A stretch of DNA of 64,000 nucleotides from a virus (lineage: Duplodnaviria; Caudoviricetes), in the IMG/VR virus record IMGVR_UViG_3300035501_000350, positions 55,918-119,917 of that record. The stretch is one strand, 5' to 3'. Positions 61,082-64,000 of this stretch are shown in pieces (the stretch's first letter is position 1; every line of letters begins with the position of its first letter). The position numbers and the translations under genes are program-made. The notes beneath the pieces were generated by a model that saw only the letters and a program-made list of their open reading frames with translations, was not told the origin of the DNA and made no database searches.

Positions 61082-61270
61082 TGTTTTATACCTCCAATAA
61101 AGTTATTGAGCATTTTATGTTTGCTCATAGATATATTATGCAATTAATACTGCTTAATTTATCATACTTTATTCTGGAGGCATAATTAAATATTATTGAA
61201 TTAATCTAACAAGTACTATTACACCAATGACTTCATCTATTGGCGTTCGCCCACGTTTCTTATTGGGCTA

Positions 61271-61306
61271 AATATACCCTCAGGGAGTAATCCCTGAGGG
61301 TATATT
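61271..61306. terminator. hairpin terminator
   Basis: AATATACCCTCAGGG-AGTAAT-CCCTGAGGGTATATT directly after the beta subunit gene. Confidence 0.75.
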
Positions 61307-61311
61307 TATAT

Positions 61312-64000
61312 TTATTTATTTGCATCTTCAGCAGCTTTGATTTCATGAATATTCTTCCACGGTATTCCGTAAATATCGCATACAGATCTTTGTAACTCAA
61401 CCATGGCTTTATTCAAAGCTCCCAATTTTATTGTACTAGTGAGCATACGGCCATCAAGACTAGATGCGCTACCAATCTGGTCTATTGGTTCATTAGGCCG
61501 GAAGTCTGTGTAAGGCGCTTCATCATCAGAGAAGACATTCATCAATACGCACTTATTAGCGTTATTCAAAGTAAGCTTATCGCCACAAGATAACTTATCA
61601 TGATACTTCATATAGATTTCAATTAATATTCCATCTACATTCTTAAGCTTACCAGTGGCCGGTAATTTACCAGAGCTATCGAAATGAACATCATTAGAGC
61701 AACCCTTAAGTTTAGATTTCTTCTTTCTTATTTCTTCTTCACGAGTAGAAATAATCTTTCTTAAACTCTCACTCATTTCATCCAAATCACAAGTTCTATA
61801 GATCTTAATATCAGAAATCTCTCCTGTGACTTTAGATTTTATTACATTACGACCAATCTCTGTAACATCGCCATCTTCATTATTAAGATTCTTTAATAAT
61901 ATACTAGCATCATCTTCATCAAAAGCATTCTGGTATATCATTACCGGATCTCCCTCACGAACCTTTTGACCTCTTTTGGCGATCATTAACACGTTAGTCA
62001 TCGGAGGTAGAGTCACAGACTTCATTACTACAATATCAGAGCTCATAGTATCAGATAGCCACTCAGAACAAACACCAGAATCTTCATATCCATCTTCTGT
62101 AGTCATGATAGCAACCTTAGTAAGACATCCTAAATTATATGCCAGCTGAGGATCTGTAGAACCAACTCTATTAGAGAAAGATTTCTTATCGTAAGCAAGA
62201 ATTTGGCCTTCTTTAACAGAATCTCCAACTTTAAGATCAGTCTTTAATTGTAAGACAATATAGAAACCGCCATCAGAGTTCTTCATAGTCTGTTCAGATA
62301 GATTAATGTATTCTTTATCTCCATCTGTATATTCTACGATCATATACTCATCTGTAAGCTCTACTACTTTACCCTTCTTTTTAGACTTATGAGCAAACAT
62401 ATCTGATGTTAAATATGGCATTGCAGCGTCAGCTCCAGTGGTTACAAGCAATGGAGTTCCATACTCTATAGGAGTAGAATGCTTAGATGTCTGTACGAAT
62501 GTCATATCGTTACGGAAAGGATCATCACTAGTAAGCATAAATGGAGATAATGCTTCTGTCATACCGAGAGTATTAGTAATATTCATATCATCTGTGCTGG
62601 TCTGTTTAAAATACCCACGCCCACCAACAATCTGAGGATTAATGGTAGTCTGTCTATTTACACCAACAGTGCTAGCAAATCCAGTAGACTGAGCAATGAT
62701 ATTAACCATACTATCGTCATATCCACGTTTATCAATCTTATAAGCTCTGTCCTCATTCATTCCGGTAACACCCTTGGTAGAGATCATGTTTTTTGTCTCT
62801 ATCTCACTCAGAGGCTGGAATATAGAGAGATCAGAAGTAGTATTCTGCGCTAGAATAAGATCAATAACAACAGATTGCTTCATGGTCATATTTGCTTTAC
62901 GGCCATGCTTAGTCTGTAATGCATAATCCTTATATGAATCAGAGATTGCTTTATAGAATTGTGCTGCAACAACCTCATTGGTTCTATAACGGTTAGTACT
63001 AAGATCTTTATGAACGGTATGCTTATTATCCACTAACAGATTTGAAGCATATATTAAAGCTTCATGATATGTAGTGGGTAATTTATAGTCTTGACAAATC
63101 TCTATAGTGATTGGGTCATACATAAGATCTTTGAAGTTATCTAGGCCGTCAGATTTAATCTTACCACCAAAGTTGTCCAATATGGAAACCCACGTCATCT
63201 TAGAGTCTAAAACTTTAATAGAATAATCCTCAAGACTACATTCTTTAAGACCATTCATAAGAAGCATAGAATCATACGTCTGTTGGTAATTAATATAACC
63301 ATCACTGAGTTTAATAGAATCCCATCCCATGGTTTTATCTTTCTTATCTGAAATGGTATAATTTATACCGGCTAAAGACATTGCTCTGGTCAATCCAATA
63401 TCATGTGCTAGAATAACAATTATAGGAATCTGAGTATTAAGCACTTTAGCCACAGAGTAAGTAGACTTCTTCGGTACAGACTGAGCTTCATATAGATCTT
63501 TAAATGCTTTATTGCTATTAATCATCATTGAAGCTATCATTTCAGATACAGTCATATCATCCTTGCCTGTATAATATGCTACTTTACCGGATGCATCCAT
63601 AGCGATAGGAATACCATTCTTACTATTAACTCCAGGAATCTTACGAATCTCATCCTGGTTGAAATAGATAGTAACAGTCTGACCATATGCAGAAGAATAG
63701 AATTTAATCCTAGAATACTGAGAAGCAAGATCAATATAGTCTATGGGTAATTCATACTTAGCACAGATCTTACTATTATCTCCAAGAGTAATCTCTATAT
63801 CTTTGCCCTTGTATTTAGATAATGCTTTAGATAACTTATTAGCAAATGGGTTACTCTTACCAGCACTGGTATAGTTGGTAAATACAAAGATCTTATTATA
63901 GAGAGATACAATCTGTACTGTATCTGAATCTGTCTTCGATATAGGAATCAATGGCATCTCAATAGAGAAGATTTTCTCATTACCACGTAATCTCATGAAT
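61312..64000 (-). CDS. phage RNA polymerase beta subunit (5' part lies beyond the window)
   Basis: DDPFR..M..QTSKH, GYEDS, GDKL...NK motifs of beta; reading frame open to the window edge. Confidence 0.9.
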   Translation of the reverse strand, partial: FMRLRGNEKIFSIEMPLIPISKTDSDTVQIVSLYNKIFVFTNYTSAGKSNPFANKLSKALSKYKGKDIEITLGDNSKICAKYELPIDYIDLASQYSRIKFYSSAYGQTVTIYFNQDEIRKIPGVNSKNGIPIAMDASGKVAYYTGKDDMTVSEMIASMMINSNKAFKDLYEAQSVPKKSTYSVAKVLNTQIPIIVILAHDIGLTRAMSLAGINYTISDKKDKTMGWDSIKLSDGYINYQQTYDSMLLMNGLKECSLEDYSIKVLDSKMTWVSILDNFGGKIKSDGLDNFKDLMYDPITIEICQDYKLPTTYHEALIYASNLLVDNKHTVHKDLSTNRYRTNEVVAAQFYKAISDSYKDYALQTKHGRKANMTMKQSVVIDLILAQNTTSDLSIFQPLSEIETKNMISTKGVTGMNEDRAYKIDKRGYDDSMVNIIAQSTGFASTVGVNRQTTINPQIVGGRGYFKQTSTDDMNITNTLGMTEALSPFMLTSDDPFRNDMTFVQTSKHSTPIEYGTPLLVTTGADAAMPYLTSDMFAHKSKKKGKVVELTDEYMIVEYTDGDKEYINLSEQTMKNSDGGFYIVLQLKTDLKVGDSVKEGQILAYDKKSFSNRVGSTDPQLAYNLGCLTKVAIMTTEDGYEDSGVCSEWLSDTMSSDIVVMKSVTLPPMTNVLMIAKRGQKVREGDPVMIYQNAFDEDDASILLKNLNNEDGDVTEIGRNVIKSKVTGEISDIKIYRTCDLDEMSESLRKIISTREEEIRKKKSKLKGCSNDVHFDSSGKLPATGKLKNVDGILIEIYMKYHDKLSCGDKLTLNNANKCVLMNVFSDDEAPYTDFRPNEPIDQIGSASSLDGRMLTSTIKLGALNKAMVELQRSVCDIYGIPWKNIHEIKAAEDANK

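Overview
This is an AT-rich, gene-dense segment of a jumbo phage of the phiKZ/AR9(PBS1)-like type. It carries split multisubunit RNA polymerase genes (beta at 61312-end, beta' parts at 23903 and 26491), DnaB- and RecD/Dda-like helicases, an SbcD-like nuclease, RNase H, dTMP kinase, DHFR, anaerobic ribonucleotide reductase NrdD/NrdG, large virion proteins, two holin-like proteins, an AP2-domain homing-endonuclease-like gene, a tyrosine recombinase and two tandem paralog clusters. Strong GGAGG ribosome-binding sites, NrdDG and a Spo0A-like domain suggest an anaerobic Firmicute host (inference). The most striking element is the ~1.05 kb non-coding gap at 15841-16921. It holds five ~144-176 bp units, each with a late-type promoter (ACA-N6-TG), a variable multi-hairpin body beginning exactly at the predicted +1, and an invariant 24-nt hairpin (CCCGTATGG-TTAATT-CCATACGGG). 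A sixth, larger (~210 nt) structured transcript precedes them. This reads as an array of independently transcribed small RNAs, directly followed by genes for a Spo0A-C-like protein, a multi-HTH protein and a tyrosine recombinase. All protein calls are from motif recognition by eye; no searches were run.
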